64,000 nt of DNA from Octopus vulgaris (GCA_951406725.2 OX597818.1:8804001-8868000); one strand, 5' to 3'. Numbered from the stretch's first letter, positions 12,201-25,825 are shown. Numbers and translations are program-made. The notes: generated by a model not told the origin, from the sequence alone.

Positions 12201-13450
12201 AATGTCAGATCTAAATATTTTAATTTGTTGTTGCAGACGCTCTTGCCAAGAAGGCTTTTTGTGGGACTGTTGCCGTTTTCTAATCTTTACACCACATAAG
12301 ATCGTTGAGATTTTCGCGGATGCATAGTATAGGTGGTTGAGGTTTGTGATATCAACATCATTAACTGAAATTATATCCTTAAGTGCAAGCCGGATTTTAC
12401 CAATTATTTTCATGTTTTGGTTAGAGTTGCGGATTTTAGGAAGTGTATCACGCTCATCCATGCTGGTTTCTTTAATTTTCAGCCATTCAATCATGATTTG
12501 ATTTTTTAGCTCATGTAGTTCTGTTGGGTCAATATTTGTGTGACTTTCTTTATCTATTTGATGCTCATCTGTCTTAGTGTTTATGATTGGTTCAGGGCGT
12601 ATTTCACTTTGCCTATCACTTATACTAACTCTTTCAATCCTCTCTTCGTTTTTATCCGCCCTGGGCTGGTCTATAATCATTTCCTCTGTATTATCTTCTC
12701 TAGCTGCAGCTTCGTTCATTTTATCCGATATTGCTTGTCTAACCTGATCAATCTCTACTTCAGTCAGTAATTTCTTTTTTATAATGTTTCTTCTAACATT
12801 GGCAAGCTTGTTACTGTCTATGTAGGGTCTTACTTCAGGGTGTTTCTGTCTCCAGTTTAAGTATGCTTGTACAGTGCTAGACTTATCTGTGGGGAAATAT
12901 ATGGCATGGTAGAAGGCCTCAAGAACTTCTTTATTATCTTCCCTAGACCATTTTTCCTTCTTTTTCTTTTGATTATTTGGTGATGAGCATGGATGGCCAT
13001 CTGTTGGAATATTCCGGTTGTGGGGTTCGTCCAGCTCCTGTGTGTTGGGAAGATTTGATCCAGTAACTGATTTTTCAATCAGGATTTGGTTCAATTTTCG
13101 GGTACGTGGTCTTTTGTAATCCGCGCAATGACCAATGCGGTTTATTGTTTGATTTGTTGACCTTGAAGCATGACGAGCATCCATTCTTATATTAGGAGAT
13201 GGATCTGTCAGTTTAGGGTTCACTACGTGTAAGCATTGCTCATAGCGCCGCTTCTTAAGACTAGCAGATCTATATTCGTCTGTATTTTTTTTGTTGATAG
13301 TTTTATCTCCGGACATTTTTTTTTTTTTTTTTTCCTTTCCTCCTCTTCCTTTCTTCAAGGCTTACTGTGTCTGTATTAGTTCGAAATAATGAGAATAAAA
13401 TACGGAGAAGGAAACGAAAAGAAAGGGAAAAAGACGGGATCTGTCAGTTA
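9275..13450 (-). mobile_element. Intact R4/Dong-clade RLE non-LTR retrotransposon (family A); 5' boundary uncertain
   Basis: Single uninterrupted ORF, ~220-nt 3' UTR ending ...gtcaaacatag then (AAT)n. Degenerate TTA at ~13448. Confidence 0.93.
9498..13316 (-). CDS. Non-LTR polyprotein: reverse transcriptase, CCHC zinc knuckle, PD-(D/E)xK restriction-like endonuclease (1272 aa from first ATG)
   Basis: SPGKDKIPNFW, KNYRPITCL, EQKGC, WIDYKKAFDSLPH, GIFQGDSLSPLLF, YMDDLKLFA, YKYLG; CRVC-x8-H-x4-C; RHD; RPDI..LIDMTVP..KLSKY. The track start at 13358 is TTG; the first ATG is at 13316. Confidence 0.96.
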   Translation of the reverse strand: MSGDKTINKKNTDEYRSASLKKRRYEQCLHVVNPKLTDPSPNIRMDARHASRSTNQTINRIGHCADYKRPRTRKLNQILIEKSVTGSNLPNTQELDEPHNRNIPTDGHPCSSPNNQKKKKEKWSREDNKEVLEAFYHAIYFPTDKSSTVQAYLNWRQKHPEVRPYIDSNKLANVRRNIIKKKLLTEVEIDQVRQAISDKMNEAAAREDNTEEMIIDQPRADKNEERIERVSISDRQSEIRPEPIINTKTDEHQIDKESHTNIDPTELHELKNQIMIEWLKIKETSMDERDTLPKIRNSNQNMKIIGKIRLALKDIISVNDVDITNLNHLYYASAKISTILCGVKIRKRQQSHKKPSWQERLQQQIKIFRSDIEYLKNLKAHKITKPTKTQKLLKKYNMKTILDIDATIETIKQKVSAKAARIARYEKRVRFFKDNNMFKNNTKNFYRKMGKTAFTAGSVPSKEEVQRFWNKIWAEEKTHNEKAPWIDRISTELDPLEEQKWEGVKVEDIRSALRRSSKWKSPGKDKIPNFWLNAFPESHELLTELYNDVLQHPSRMPPWLVNGLTFLLPKSEETNEPKNYRPITCLTTMYKTLTSVLTEYTYSFLTDSSIFPNEQKGCKRGSYGCKDQLLINKMILEDCHKRHKNLSIAWIDYKKAFDSLPHSWIRKCLEMYKIAPTLRNFLTVSMRSWRTTLTLNSDSESLNAGDVKISCGIFQGDSLSPLLFCLSLIPLSKLLNDAQYGYKMFDKNINHLVYMDDLKLFAKNDQQLKGLLAIVKQFSDDIRMQFGLDKCAKATFIRGKMTETSNVNLDQQNVIKEIDPAESYKYLGIIEGNRINHSEMKERIRRECYRRVRAILKTELNARNRIEAINALAIPVVTYSFNIVNWSITEICQLDRKIRKLLTMHRMHHPKADTERLYLPRKEGGRGLLQLAITMKIATIGLDTYLKNSEDWMLKLVSKHENKKASYSVTKQAKEYLSEFRIQPISELEIDIQETSTEKARRMKTRAKTAALDILNNKWQEKPLYGKYPKRANNADIDKALTHQWLMASGLKSETEGFIIAAQDQCLPTRNYQANILKIRSSPTCRVCKQQNETIDHVVSKCSLLAPTEYLNRHDRAAQYIHWVICKNLDLPHEKNWWEHKPPPVLENDHISLLWNFTIQTDRKIDANRPDIILKNFKQRTCLLIDMTVPIDINVSVKTYQKLSKYKDLEIEISKMWKLKTKTIPVVIGALGMIAKGADSYLTQIPGNPKMAEIQKIVLMGTAHILRKILSM

Positions 13451-14223
13451 TTATTGTTATTACTATCATCTTCACCACCATCACCATCATCAGCAACATC
13501 ACCATCACCATCATCATCTTCAATGACATTGTTTTATGTGTAGCCACAGCCACCATCAACACTCCATTGTGTTGGAGAATGGGTGGTTAAAGAATTCATG
13601 TTCTTTGGGTCTATAAATAGCCACGGTAGATGGAGACAAAGGACGTTAATGGTCAGTAAAAGGTCAAACCTGTTTACGTTTATTTATTTATTTTTTTCCT
13701 TTCTCTTTTCTTCTTCACCACATGCATATGTATATGTATATATATGTATATTCACTCACACATATTATCTGATGTTTTCGTCGAAGATTTATTTTTTATT
13801 TTTTTAAATAACTTTCTGAGTTCAATGTTATGTATATATTTTTAAATTTCTGAATTCAGTTGTATGTATATAGTAGTAGGTGCTTAATTCCATAACTTTT
13901 TATCGTGCATTTAATTGTGTTGTTACAATAAAAGGTAATTTAAAAGGCAATTTTACACATTCTTATAGTCATGAGAGACGACTAAATGTAAATGTTCACA
14001 CAGAATTGGAGATATTTATGTTTCTAATTTTTCTTGTTAGATGTACGTTTGTATGAGCTGTAGATATGTAAGTTTTTTTTTTACTTATTTTGAGGGTAAT
14101 TCAAATTACTTACAGTAAACAGTAGATCTTCCAGTTTTCTACAGTTGACCTGCTGGGTTCGCTGTGGCCAGTTCAGAGCATCGTAAAAATACGTCCATCC
14201 TCTGTCACGTCCAGCCGCCTTCC

Positions 14224-14279
<56 letters not shown>
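14224..14279. repeat. (TTA)n microsatellite
   Basis: Seen directly. Confidence 0.97.
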
Positions 14280-14788
14280 GAGTGAGAGAGCAGTTCATGC
14301 CATCAAAGTGACACTGGGGTAAAATATACGAAGCCCAATATACCCATCATGACTACCCGTCTGATAAGGGTACACTAGGCACATGCATCACAACCATATG
14401 TGCGCGACATGGTTATCTCATATCAAGATAACCAGCACATGACCTTGCAGGTGGGGCCCAGTTAGAATTTTCTTCAGGTAGAGTTGTCCATCCTGCTCAA
14501 AAGGTCCCTGAATAAGGGTTGTTTAAGGATGTTGAAAGAACCACCCATGTTTCCAAAGGTGAATTATTCAAACCCCAAAGAATCCCTCTCAACACATGGC
14601 TATGATGCTCCCCTACTACTTCTGCTCATGATCAGAGATGCACATTTCGTCAGCCACTAAGGGACATGCTCAACTGGTTAAGGTCAAACAACTGTGGTAT
14701 TGAGCAGAATATTTGCTGTAGCCCGTCTTTTATACCAAGACAAAACAATGTACATGATAACACTTCCAATCAGTTAAGATCAGAAGCC
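14280..14788 (-). mobile_element. Non-coding (TAA)n-inserted element, copy 1 (lacks ~30 bp at one end)
   Basis: Near-identical to 22676..23230; microsatellites on both sides. Strand inferred from the shared end. Confidence 0.85.
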
Positions 14789-14789
14789 T

Positions 14790-14822
14790 GTTATTGTTGT
14801 TGTTGTTGTTGTTCTTCTTCTT

Positions 14823-14920
<98 letters not shown>

Positions 14921-14951
14921 CATTATTACTGTTGTTGTTGTTATTGTTATT
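14790..14951. repeat. Compound (TTG)/(TTC)/(TTA) microsatellite
   Basis: Seen directly. Confidence 0.95.
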
Positions 14952-15290
14952 CCTTCGTAACACAGTGTAGGTAAAAATGCACCGGTGTCTTTAGTCCTCT
15001 GTCAAGTCAAACCAAGGACCTCAGACAGATAATACTTTTCCTTAAGGTATGCGTTGTGCCCAATAAGCCTGCTTTTTGCGAGACATCAGTCTTGCATGGG
15101 ATTTTCAGTTACCTTAAGAAGTCTTGAAATGTCAATGGGATTGAGTCGAAAGCTTTGATCGACACTGTTATCATTTTTAAATTACCATCTCGCATTTCAT
15201 ATGGTCTTGTTATTTCCGTTTTCAATTCAGAGTACTTGGTGATTTATTCAACCTCTTTACTCACAACATTCATGTCATTTGGTATGGTTA
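14952..15290 (-). mobile_element. 3' fragment of RLE LINE family F
   Basis: Minus-strand translation gives DVTIPNDMNVVSKEVE.ITKYSELKTEITR and QKAGLLGTT; UTR resembles 33386..33490. Confidence 0.8.
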
Positions 15291-16434
15291 CATCAGTGAT
15301 CTGACAGTATTTGTCTCTCTTATTCAATATGAAAATATCCTGCCAGATTTTTTCAAAGTTTTTTTTTCATACACAGAAAACAAGATAGCATGCCGTATTT
15401 AAATAGCAAAGGCTTCTATAATAATTATACTCTTAACAGAAGCATGGAATAGAATTGTTCCTTGCAACATGAAATACTTAGATCACATAAATATTTTCAA
15501 ATTATCTATTCTGTTCTCTTCATCAGCATTGATATATGTTATAGATGACGTGAGGTAGTTACCAGTTTCACAAATGCACTAAGATATAATTTTTCTAAAG
15601 ATCACGTCAATTTGTCATCACGTCACCACCTTTTAAATTACGCTAATATGATTATTTCTTTAGCTATTGCTTTTACCTAAAGTTTTTGCCTTCTTTTAAT
15701 TTACATTACCTAATTTCTAGTCCTGCACACTTCTTAATACATTTATATTAGATTCAATAAGTTTGTGACTATAATGTATTTCGTATGATTCAAGTATTTA
15801 TTAATGATTATTGCTCGTATGTATTTTTCTTACTGATAATTATTCTGCACTAATATACTCATACATATATGCATGCATGTACGATCTGTTTGTTTGTTTG
15901 CGTGGGGTGGGGGGCCTCATTTTATGCGTGTCATTTTATATGAAGTTTACGTGCACACTAATTAGTGTACTTCGTGCAATGTTCTATTATTTGAAACTGT
16001 ATTAAATAACATTTTATTTTACTTGGAATTTCTAAATATGAATGAGACTCATAGAAGAAATGTGCGTGTCAAACCGATTCATATTCCTGCATTTTAACAT
16101 ATATGCGATTATTGGTATGTGAGCATTTGATATCTCACATATATGAATATCATTACTAGTTATCTTGAATATCAGAGGCCAGTTTTTATACATATGTGCT
16201 CTGCTCTTACAGGTTTCTGAGTGGGGTGTGACGCCAAGACAGAAGCTAATATATTTGGGATACTTACCGATATTAATTTTGATTGATCATATATGTATAT
16301 ATATGCAGATGTGTGTCAGAACGAATGTGTGTGTCATTGTTATGTGTGTGCAAGTGTGTGAAGGTATATATGCCTATATTCATATATATGTGTGCATGTG
16401 TGTGTATTTGCGTGTGTGCATATAAGTATTATAT

Positions 16435-16475
16435 ATCTCTCTATCGATTTTTCTACCTATCTGCCTATCTTTCTT

Positions 16476-16556
<81 letters not shown>

Positions 16557-16625
16557 TTATCTATCTGTTTGTCTGTCTGTCAGCCTATGTCTGTCTATCT
16601 ATCTACCTACCTACCTACCTACCTA
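16435..16625. repeat. (TATC)n/(TACC)n microsatellite
   Basis: Seen directly. Confidence 0.95.
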
Positions 16626-16984
16626 TTTTCATATACATAATCAAATACATTTTTGTAAAATAATGTATGAGAGCAGCCTAATAGGTCTATCATAATCATT
16701 TTCTGATGAACAGGATTGTATCCTCATCCATAAAAACTACGTACCGTGTATGTATTTACGTTAATACGACTCGATATTCATAAACTAGTATTTTGAAGTC
16801 TTTGAGGTAATCGTGAAATAGATACATGTTAAGTAAAATCTGTTAAAGCCTATCCCCAAAATGATGGGAAATGTGAAGCAGGTACCTGATTTTCGTTTTA
16901 AAATGATTCACATGAGCATTCGTGTAACTGTGTATCTATCTGTATATATGTGCTTGTGTCTCTGTGCGAGCGTGTGTAACAAAT

Positions 16985-17016
16985 ATATAAACACACACAC
17001 ACACACACACATATAC

Positions 17017-17075
<59 letters not shown>

Positions 17076-17130
17076 CATGTACATATGTATGTATTTATGT
17101 ATGAATGTTTGTATATATATATAAATATAC

Positions 17131-17184
<54 letters not shown>

Positions 17185-17350
17185 ATGCATATTTTTGTAT
17201 ATAAAATATATACATATATAGCGAGCGATATAGATGATAGATATATAGAAAATGAGTATATTTTCATTGATAGTGTGTATGTGTGTGTGTTGGATGATAG
17301 ATAGAGAGAGGGGGGAGATCATGAATGAGAAAGCGAGAGAGTGAGAATGA
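16985..17350. repeat. Compound (CA)/(TA)/(TG)/(GA) microsatellites
   Basis: Seen directly. Confidence 0.93.
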
Positions 17351-18554
17351 GAATCAGGATGCTCTTTGCAGGTCAACTTTTTTCTCTATACCACCACGAC
17401 ATTTTCATGAAAAACAATCTTTGTTTGCTTCATATTTTGCCGTTTTGTACTAATAGGATGTGTCTTATTAAATTACATAGTATTGTTAACCATCGGTCTC
17501 AGATATTAATTTAAGGTTTCAACTACTAAAGTTGTTTGTGATTTCAGAATCCAAATAGTCAATATTCCTGTTTGTCTGATTATAGAGACTGCCAATCGTT
17601 ATTCCATGGAGTCATGTTCATCACATGCTATTGAAACGTGCACGGTCAGACTTTACGTCTCTTTTGCAATATGCATGTCTCACTACTATATATATTCAAA
17701 AAAGGATCAAAAACATTACTCCTAAAGAATAATTTAATCAAATTTAACCGGTATTAAGAGATTTTCTGTTATTTTTTTTATATAGTCATCAATCAGTCTA
17801 GTATGTCAAGCGTAACAATAGCTTTAAATTAGTTTTCTATGTTTTTGAACAACAACTACCATCAGAAATGTATATTGGGTGAAAAAAGAATGTCTAGAAA
17901 TTGTTATCTCCCTTTTTATTTCTGATTTTCATTCCCTTTCTGATTGACTTTGTCTTTTATTTTCCGCTTCCCATGCTGAAACCTTTATGATACACACTTA
18001 ATAAACTAGATTTAAAATACAACATCCCCATATAAATATGTAACAAAGCGCTAACTTTTAAAGTCATTGTTGTTATTAAAATCCTTGTCAGCTTCTGTTT
18101 AATTAGTGAGGAAGAATGAGAATAACATGTTTTTTTTGCTGTTTTTTTCTTTTTACATTAGTGGGACTGATGAAGTTTATATACAACTTCAGCATTTCTA
18201 GACTAATGTAAGGAGGAAAATATCACATCCGTATCAAAATTTCTTCTGATGACGAAATATTGATAGGGATTTGAGACATGGGCTGTAGCTTGACATTGGT
18301 ATCGATGTCTCTTAGCTTCCTATAAACAACATATTGTAGGGGCAGTAGAGGAAACAATGAAAAGAAATAACATGCATTTGAAATAAAGATGCTTGCGTGT
18401 TACTCAAAGAATATTTTGTGATCTGTTGTTATTATTATCCTTTCTTTATTAGACACAAGGATCGGCAAAAATATCACTGGACATGACACAACATGAAGAA
18501 AAAAGTGGGATTACATAAAGTGCCTCCTATTGTTATTATTATTATTATTATTAT

Positions 18555-19883
18555 GTTTTTTTCCTTCTTTCTTCAAATTTTCTTCCGTTTCTCGTCGAGT
18601 GTTTTCCATACACCTAGGGCAGAGAAGCTCATTGTATGCATTCCCAGATTACACACGCAAATTCACAGATATAATATGTATTTAAAAATTAATAAATAAA
18701 TAAATTCATGGATGGATGTTGTTTTCACAGCGATAATGCTCTTCTCAGTACATGAGCCGTTCCAGTTAATACGATTTTTTGCACTTCCTGTATCATTTTC
18801 AAATAGGTTTCAGTACCTTTTTTTAATCATTCCTAGAGATCCTACAATCACTGGTACTGTAGTCGCCTTGAGATGCCACATTTTTTCAATTTCTATTGGT
18901 AGGTCTTTATATTTACTAATCTTGTCAAATTCTTTCGCCGATATATTGTGATCGCAAGGGATACTCATGTCAATTAATAAACACATCATTTTTTTCTGAT
19001 CTTTTATAATAAAATCCGGTTTATTAGCTTTTATAGTCCTGTCGGTCTGTACAGGGAAGTCTCATAGAATCGACGGATTTTCTCCCTCAGTCACAGCTTC
19101 AGGATGGTATTTATACCATTTGTCAGCGGTTTTGATTTTATAATGCCGACATATTGTCCAATGTAAATACTGGCCGACTCTGTCATATCTTGCTTTATAT
19201 TTTGCAGGTGCTAAGACTCTACACCCTGAGATTAGGTGGTCTGTTGTTTCAATCTCATCGTTACAGAATCGGCATTTTGGGTCAGCTCCATTTTTTATCA
19301 CATTGGCTTGGTAGTTCCGGGTTAATAAGCTTTGGTCTTGAGCAGCTAATATGAAACCTTCACTTTCTGCTTTTAGCCCTGAGCTTCGTAACCATTGGTG
19401 TGTGTGTTTCTGGTCATCAGCTTGTTTGCTACGGGCCACATACTTGCCATGGAGAGTTTTCTGTTACCATCTGTTAGCTAAAGTTTCATGTGCTTTTGTC
19501 TTTGCAATTAATTTTATTTTCTTTGCAGCTGCAGTTGGCGCATTTCCTTCAGCCTGATCAATCTGGTGGGTATCTAAGAGATTAGCAGCGAATTTTTTGC
19601 TCTCTTTGAGAATAGAGTGAAATTTTTTCAGTCTTTCATGTTTTTCAACAAATTTTAGCATCCAATCGTTGGTTGCTTCAAGGTATTTGGCCAATCCGAT
19701 TGTGGTGGTTTTGCATGTAAGTTCAAGCTGGATCAAACCTCGACCTCTGTGAGCTCTGGGAAGGTAAACGCGATCCACGTCTGCCTTTGGATGGGGCATC
19801 TTATTACAAGTCAGTAGCTTGCGGATTTTTCTGTCAATTTTCATTATTTTACTGGTATTCCAGTTAAGCACATTGAAGCTATA
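18555..19883 (-). mobile_element. 5'-truncated RLE LINE (family C, close to B), TTA tracts on both sides
   Basis: ORFs 19464..19871 and 19062..19439 (HPKADVDRVYLPR, GLKAESEGFILAAQDQ, CRFC..H..C). Flanks at 18532..18554 and 19884..20042. Confidence 0.93.
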
Positions 19884-19903
19884 ATATTATTATTATTATT
19901 ATG

Positions 19904-19956
<53 letters not shown>

Positions 19957-19965
19957 TACTACTAC

Positions 19966-20042
<77 letters not shown>
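19884..20042. repeat. (TTA)n microsatellite
   Basis: Seen directly. Confidence 0.97.
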
Positions 20043-20043
<1 letters not shown>

Positions 20044-20044
20044 T

Positions 20045-20455
20045 GAGAGAGAGCGCGGTGCATATCATCAGAGTAACAATGGGGTAAAAATATATGAAGC
20101 CCAATATACCCAACATTACTACCCGTCACTTAAGGTTACATGAGCACATGCATCAAATCCATACGTGTGTGGCATGGTGACGTCATATCGAGGTACACAG
20201 CACATGACCTTGCAGGCGGAGTCCAGGTAGATCTTGCTTTACGTTGAGTAGCCCATCCTACTCAAGAGGCCCCTTAATAACAGTTGTTTAAGGATGTTGA
20301 ACGAAACATTCGTGTTTCCAAAGGCAAATTATTCAAACTCCAAAGAATTCCACATGGCTCTCATGCTTCCCCCCTACCTTTGCTCCTGATAAGAGATGAG
20401 CACCTCATCAGCTACCAAGGGACATGCTCAACTGTTTAAGTGACAAGCAAATCTG
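20045..20455 (-). mobile_element. Non-coding (TAA)n-inserted element, older diverged copy 2, truncated
   Basis: Colinear with 22676..23103 (ggggtaaaa..aagcccaatataccc, cacatgaccttgcagg, gggacatgctcaactg, gacaagcaaatct). Confidence 0.82.
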
Positions 20456-20461
20456 TTATTA

Positions 20462-20544
<83 letters not shown>

Positions 20545-20547
<3 letters not shown>

Positions 20548-20792
20548 TAGTTTTATTTTTATAGCGTGCTTTCACTTCACTACCGAGCGCAGCTCTGTGT
20601 GCCTTGGGTATGTGCTGTGATTTGTTGTGATGCTCTGATGGTTATTGTATGGAAAGTGTTCTGCGTAGGATGTGTGCAGTGCCTAGTAGTGCAATTTTCT
20701 GTATGTTATATGTGTTTGTAAGTGCTGGTGTTTTTGTTATGTATTTGTCTGAATATTTTTTTATCATGCCTAATGCACCTACTATGATAGGA
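20545..20792 (-). mobile_element. Severely 5'-truncated RLE LINE (family D 3' end)
   Basis: Near-copy of 20919..21165; TTA tracts on both sides (20456..20544, 20794..20918). Confidence 0.9.
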
Positions 20793-22675
<1,883 letters not shown>

Positions 22676-23230
22676 GAGTGAGAGAGCAGTTCATGCCATC
22701 AAAGTGACACTGGGGTAAAATATACGAAGCCCAATATACCCATCATGACTACCCGTCTGATAAGGGCACACCAGGCACATGCATCACAACCATATGTGCA
22801 CGACATGGTGATCTCATATCAAGATAAACAGCACATGACCTTGCAGGTGGGGCCCAGTTAGAATTTTCTTCAGGTTGAGTAGCCCATCCCGCTCAAGCGG
22901 TCCCTGAATAAGGGTTGTTTAAGGATGTTGAAAGAACCACCCATGTTTCCAGAGGTGAATTATTCAAACCCCAAAGAATCCCTCTCAAAACATGGCTATG
23001 ATGCTCCCCCACTACTTCTGCTCGTGATCAGAGATGCACATATCGTCAGCCACTAAGGGACATGCTCAACTGGTTAAGGTCAAACAACTGACAAGCAAAT
23101 CTATGGTATTGAGCAGAATATTTGCTGTAGCCCATCTTTTATACCAAGACAAAACAATGTACATGATAACACTTCCAATCAGTTAAGATCAGAAGCCATG
23201 AGAGCCATTGCCTGGTACTGCATCAGGGCA
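22676..23230 (-). mobile_element. Non-coding (TAA)n-inserted element, longest copy (555 bp)
   Basis: No long ORF; bounded exactly by TTA tracts 22632..22675 and 23231..23286; two further copies in the window. Confidence 0.87.
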
Positions 23231-23286
23231 TTATTATTATTATTATTATTATCATTATTATCATTATTATCATTATTATTATTATT

Positions 23287-25150
23287 TTTGCCTTTGCACA
23301 ACTTCTAACGCTGGAAATGTACTATGGTGGCAGCTTTTCACTACCAGTGAATTAAAGTAACACCTCTTATTTTTCGACCACCTTTCGGAGTATTCGATCG
23401 GTTCCAAGCAGTGCTGTTTTCTGCAAGAGCTCCACCATTATTGTAGCTCCTATTTGTTCCATGTACTTCTCGAGATTTTTATTCACTCCGACAATTATTG
23501 GTAGTACGACCACCTATTTCATCGACCACAACTGTTGTACCTCTCAAGCTAACCTGTCATGCCTATCGAATTTTCTTTCTTCCTTATCGCATACCTTGTT
23601 GTTAAGCTTGGCATGCTATGTCTATGATTCAGAATAGTTTGATTTCTTTCTCAATTAAGACTATGTCCTGCTTCCTATTCTCAATTGCATGGTCGCACAG
23701 AATCATAAAACCCCATAGTATCATTGCATTTCTATTTTCGACAATGCCTCCAGGTTGCTAGACGTACCAATTTTTTTCTCTGTGAAGACCATACTTGTTG
23801 TCAAGTCTCCAATTGGCAAGCCTTGCTATATTGTCGTGGCATCTCTTATATTTCTTCTGGGCTAGTGACGTACATTGGTTGATAATATGCCATATGGCTT
23901 TACCGTTTTGTCTACAGATTCTGCACTTATCAATTACTGATGTGTTGTTTACTCTGTATTTTATGTAGTGTTTTTTTAGTGCTTGCTCTTAGGCAGGACA
24001 GATTAGAGCCTCCGTTTCCGGTTTTAAATCCATTTTAGTCATCCACAGCCATTTCAGTTCTTCTATTACCACTTTTCGGCTCTTTCTTTCAATATTATAC
24101 TTCCTTTTCAGCGCCCTGTATTTTTGTTCGCTTTTAACCTCCGCTTCCTCTTTTCGGTCTAACATAGAAATTTCCTTCGAGAGTATATCTAACCCTGCAT
24201 ATATTCTTTATTCCACTATGAGTTTTATCTTTTGTCACCCCTATTATATTTCTTTTTCTTAACATCAACACCCATATTTTCTGCTACAACAATACTTTCT
24301 GCCTTGATCAAATTAATTGTTTCTCTGATGTTGTTTGTTCTGACGTATTTCAAAATTTCATTATCATTTTCCGTTTCTTGGTTTAACTTCCACCAGTCAA
24401 CCTTTTCTAGGTTGCAAATAATATAGGTATCGTTCTACTGTTGTAGATTGCCTTTGGTTCATCTGTCATGTCACCATTAGTTTTATTGTTTTCTATAAGA
24501 TAATCTATTTGTCTCTCATCAAGTAAGCTACCACTCTTCCTTTCCTGTGCTATGAGATTACGTTTATTAGTAAGAACTGTGTTTTCATTCTTATTTCTAC
24601 TGCTATTTTTTTTTCACTCTTTTGAGGGCTTCGAGTTCTACTTCTGTGAACCAACGTTTTTTTTCTTATTGCTCTAGCTTGATTACATAATCTCTGTTCC
24701 GTGAGTTGAAACAATCCCTTTTCTCTCCAGTGATCATACATACGTTGTCGGTAATCCCTAATTTCAGCACCATTTTCATCTACCGGTTTGCTCATGTAGT
24801 AACACTCCATGACCACATCATTACTTTGCTTGCTCCATCTACACCGTGTGTGATGGTCCCTTTCTGGATATCGATAGGCTGGAGCCGAACCAGAATCTCT
24901 GAAACTGTCGAGTGCAACACTGTCCCAATCAATGGCTCTAGTTTCATTACCACCGTTATTCACAATATTTTGTTTATTCATTGTCACTCATATGAGGTAG
25001 CGATTATCAGGTTGTGCAATTACCAGTGTTTTTATTGTGACACCATCTCTAGCTGTATCATTAATCAGGACATGGAGAGACTCCACCTGCTCCTTTTATT
25101 ATTATTATCATCACTGATATCACTGGTATTATTGTTTGGGCCCCAGATTC
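23287..25150 (-). mobile_element. Internally deleted (RT-less) RLE LINE, family E
   Basis: ORF 24550..24987 (VMECYYMSKP..YRQRM..W..LTEQRLCNQARAIR). VVIEELK joins WLWMTKMDLKPETEALIC at ~24052; RLE motifs lie downstream. Confidence 0.85.
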
Positions 25151-25586
25151 CTGTGCAATCAGTATAAGTTGTAGCATTTGTAGTATTAGCAGCTGCAGCA
25201 TATCATTATTTATATTTTTATCATTATCACCACCAATACCACTGTTATTATCATTATTGATATTTCCATTTGTAATTAAAAGATTTTGTTAAATGTTCAT
25301 TATTTTCAACTTTTGTATTGTACTTGAGATAATCATAAATATGTGGCTGTTTAAAGAAATAGCTGGGGCGGGGAAGTAGCAAATTGGTGAAGAGATCAAA
25401 TTCTACAGGTCTATAAATAGATTCGGCAACTGGTAGGGAGGTCAACCATAGAAACAAAAGAATCATCGCAGCCTTTGGTTCAGCAGAGGTCAATTGTGTT
25501 TATTACTACCAAGACCACATAGAGTACTGGCCTTGACCTTGAGAAGAAGCAATTCAACCCCTTCTATGTGTACTTACTGTTTGAGA

Positions 25587-25587
<1 letters not shown>

Positions 25588-25651
<64 letters not shown>

Positions 25652-25654
25652 TAT

Positions 25655-25711
<57 letters not shown>

Positions 25712-25767
25712 TATATATATATATATATAAATATATACATACATACATACATACATACATACATACA

Positions 25768-25801
<34 letters not shown>

Positions 25802-25825
25802 CATACATACATACATATACATATA
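25588..25825. repeat. (TAA)n, (CA)n, (TA)n and (CATA)n microsatellites
   Basis: Seen directly. Confidence 0.96.

Noticed and set aside
10294-13078. Short antisense and alternative-frame ORFs overlapping the LINE ORF
   Set aside because: Shadow frames of the RT gene with no motifs.
13317-13358. N-terminal extension MKKGRGGKEKKKKK of the long ORF
   Set aside because: Starts at TTG and reads through a poly(A) run; the first ATG is at 13316.
18240-18265. ctgatgacgaaatattg hammerhead-like core
   Set aside because: No stem II between CUGAUGA and GAAA, and no convincing stem I.
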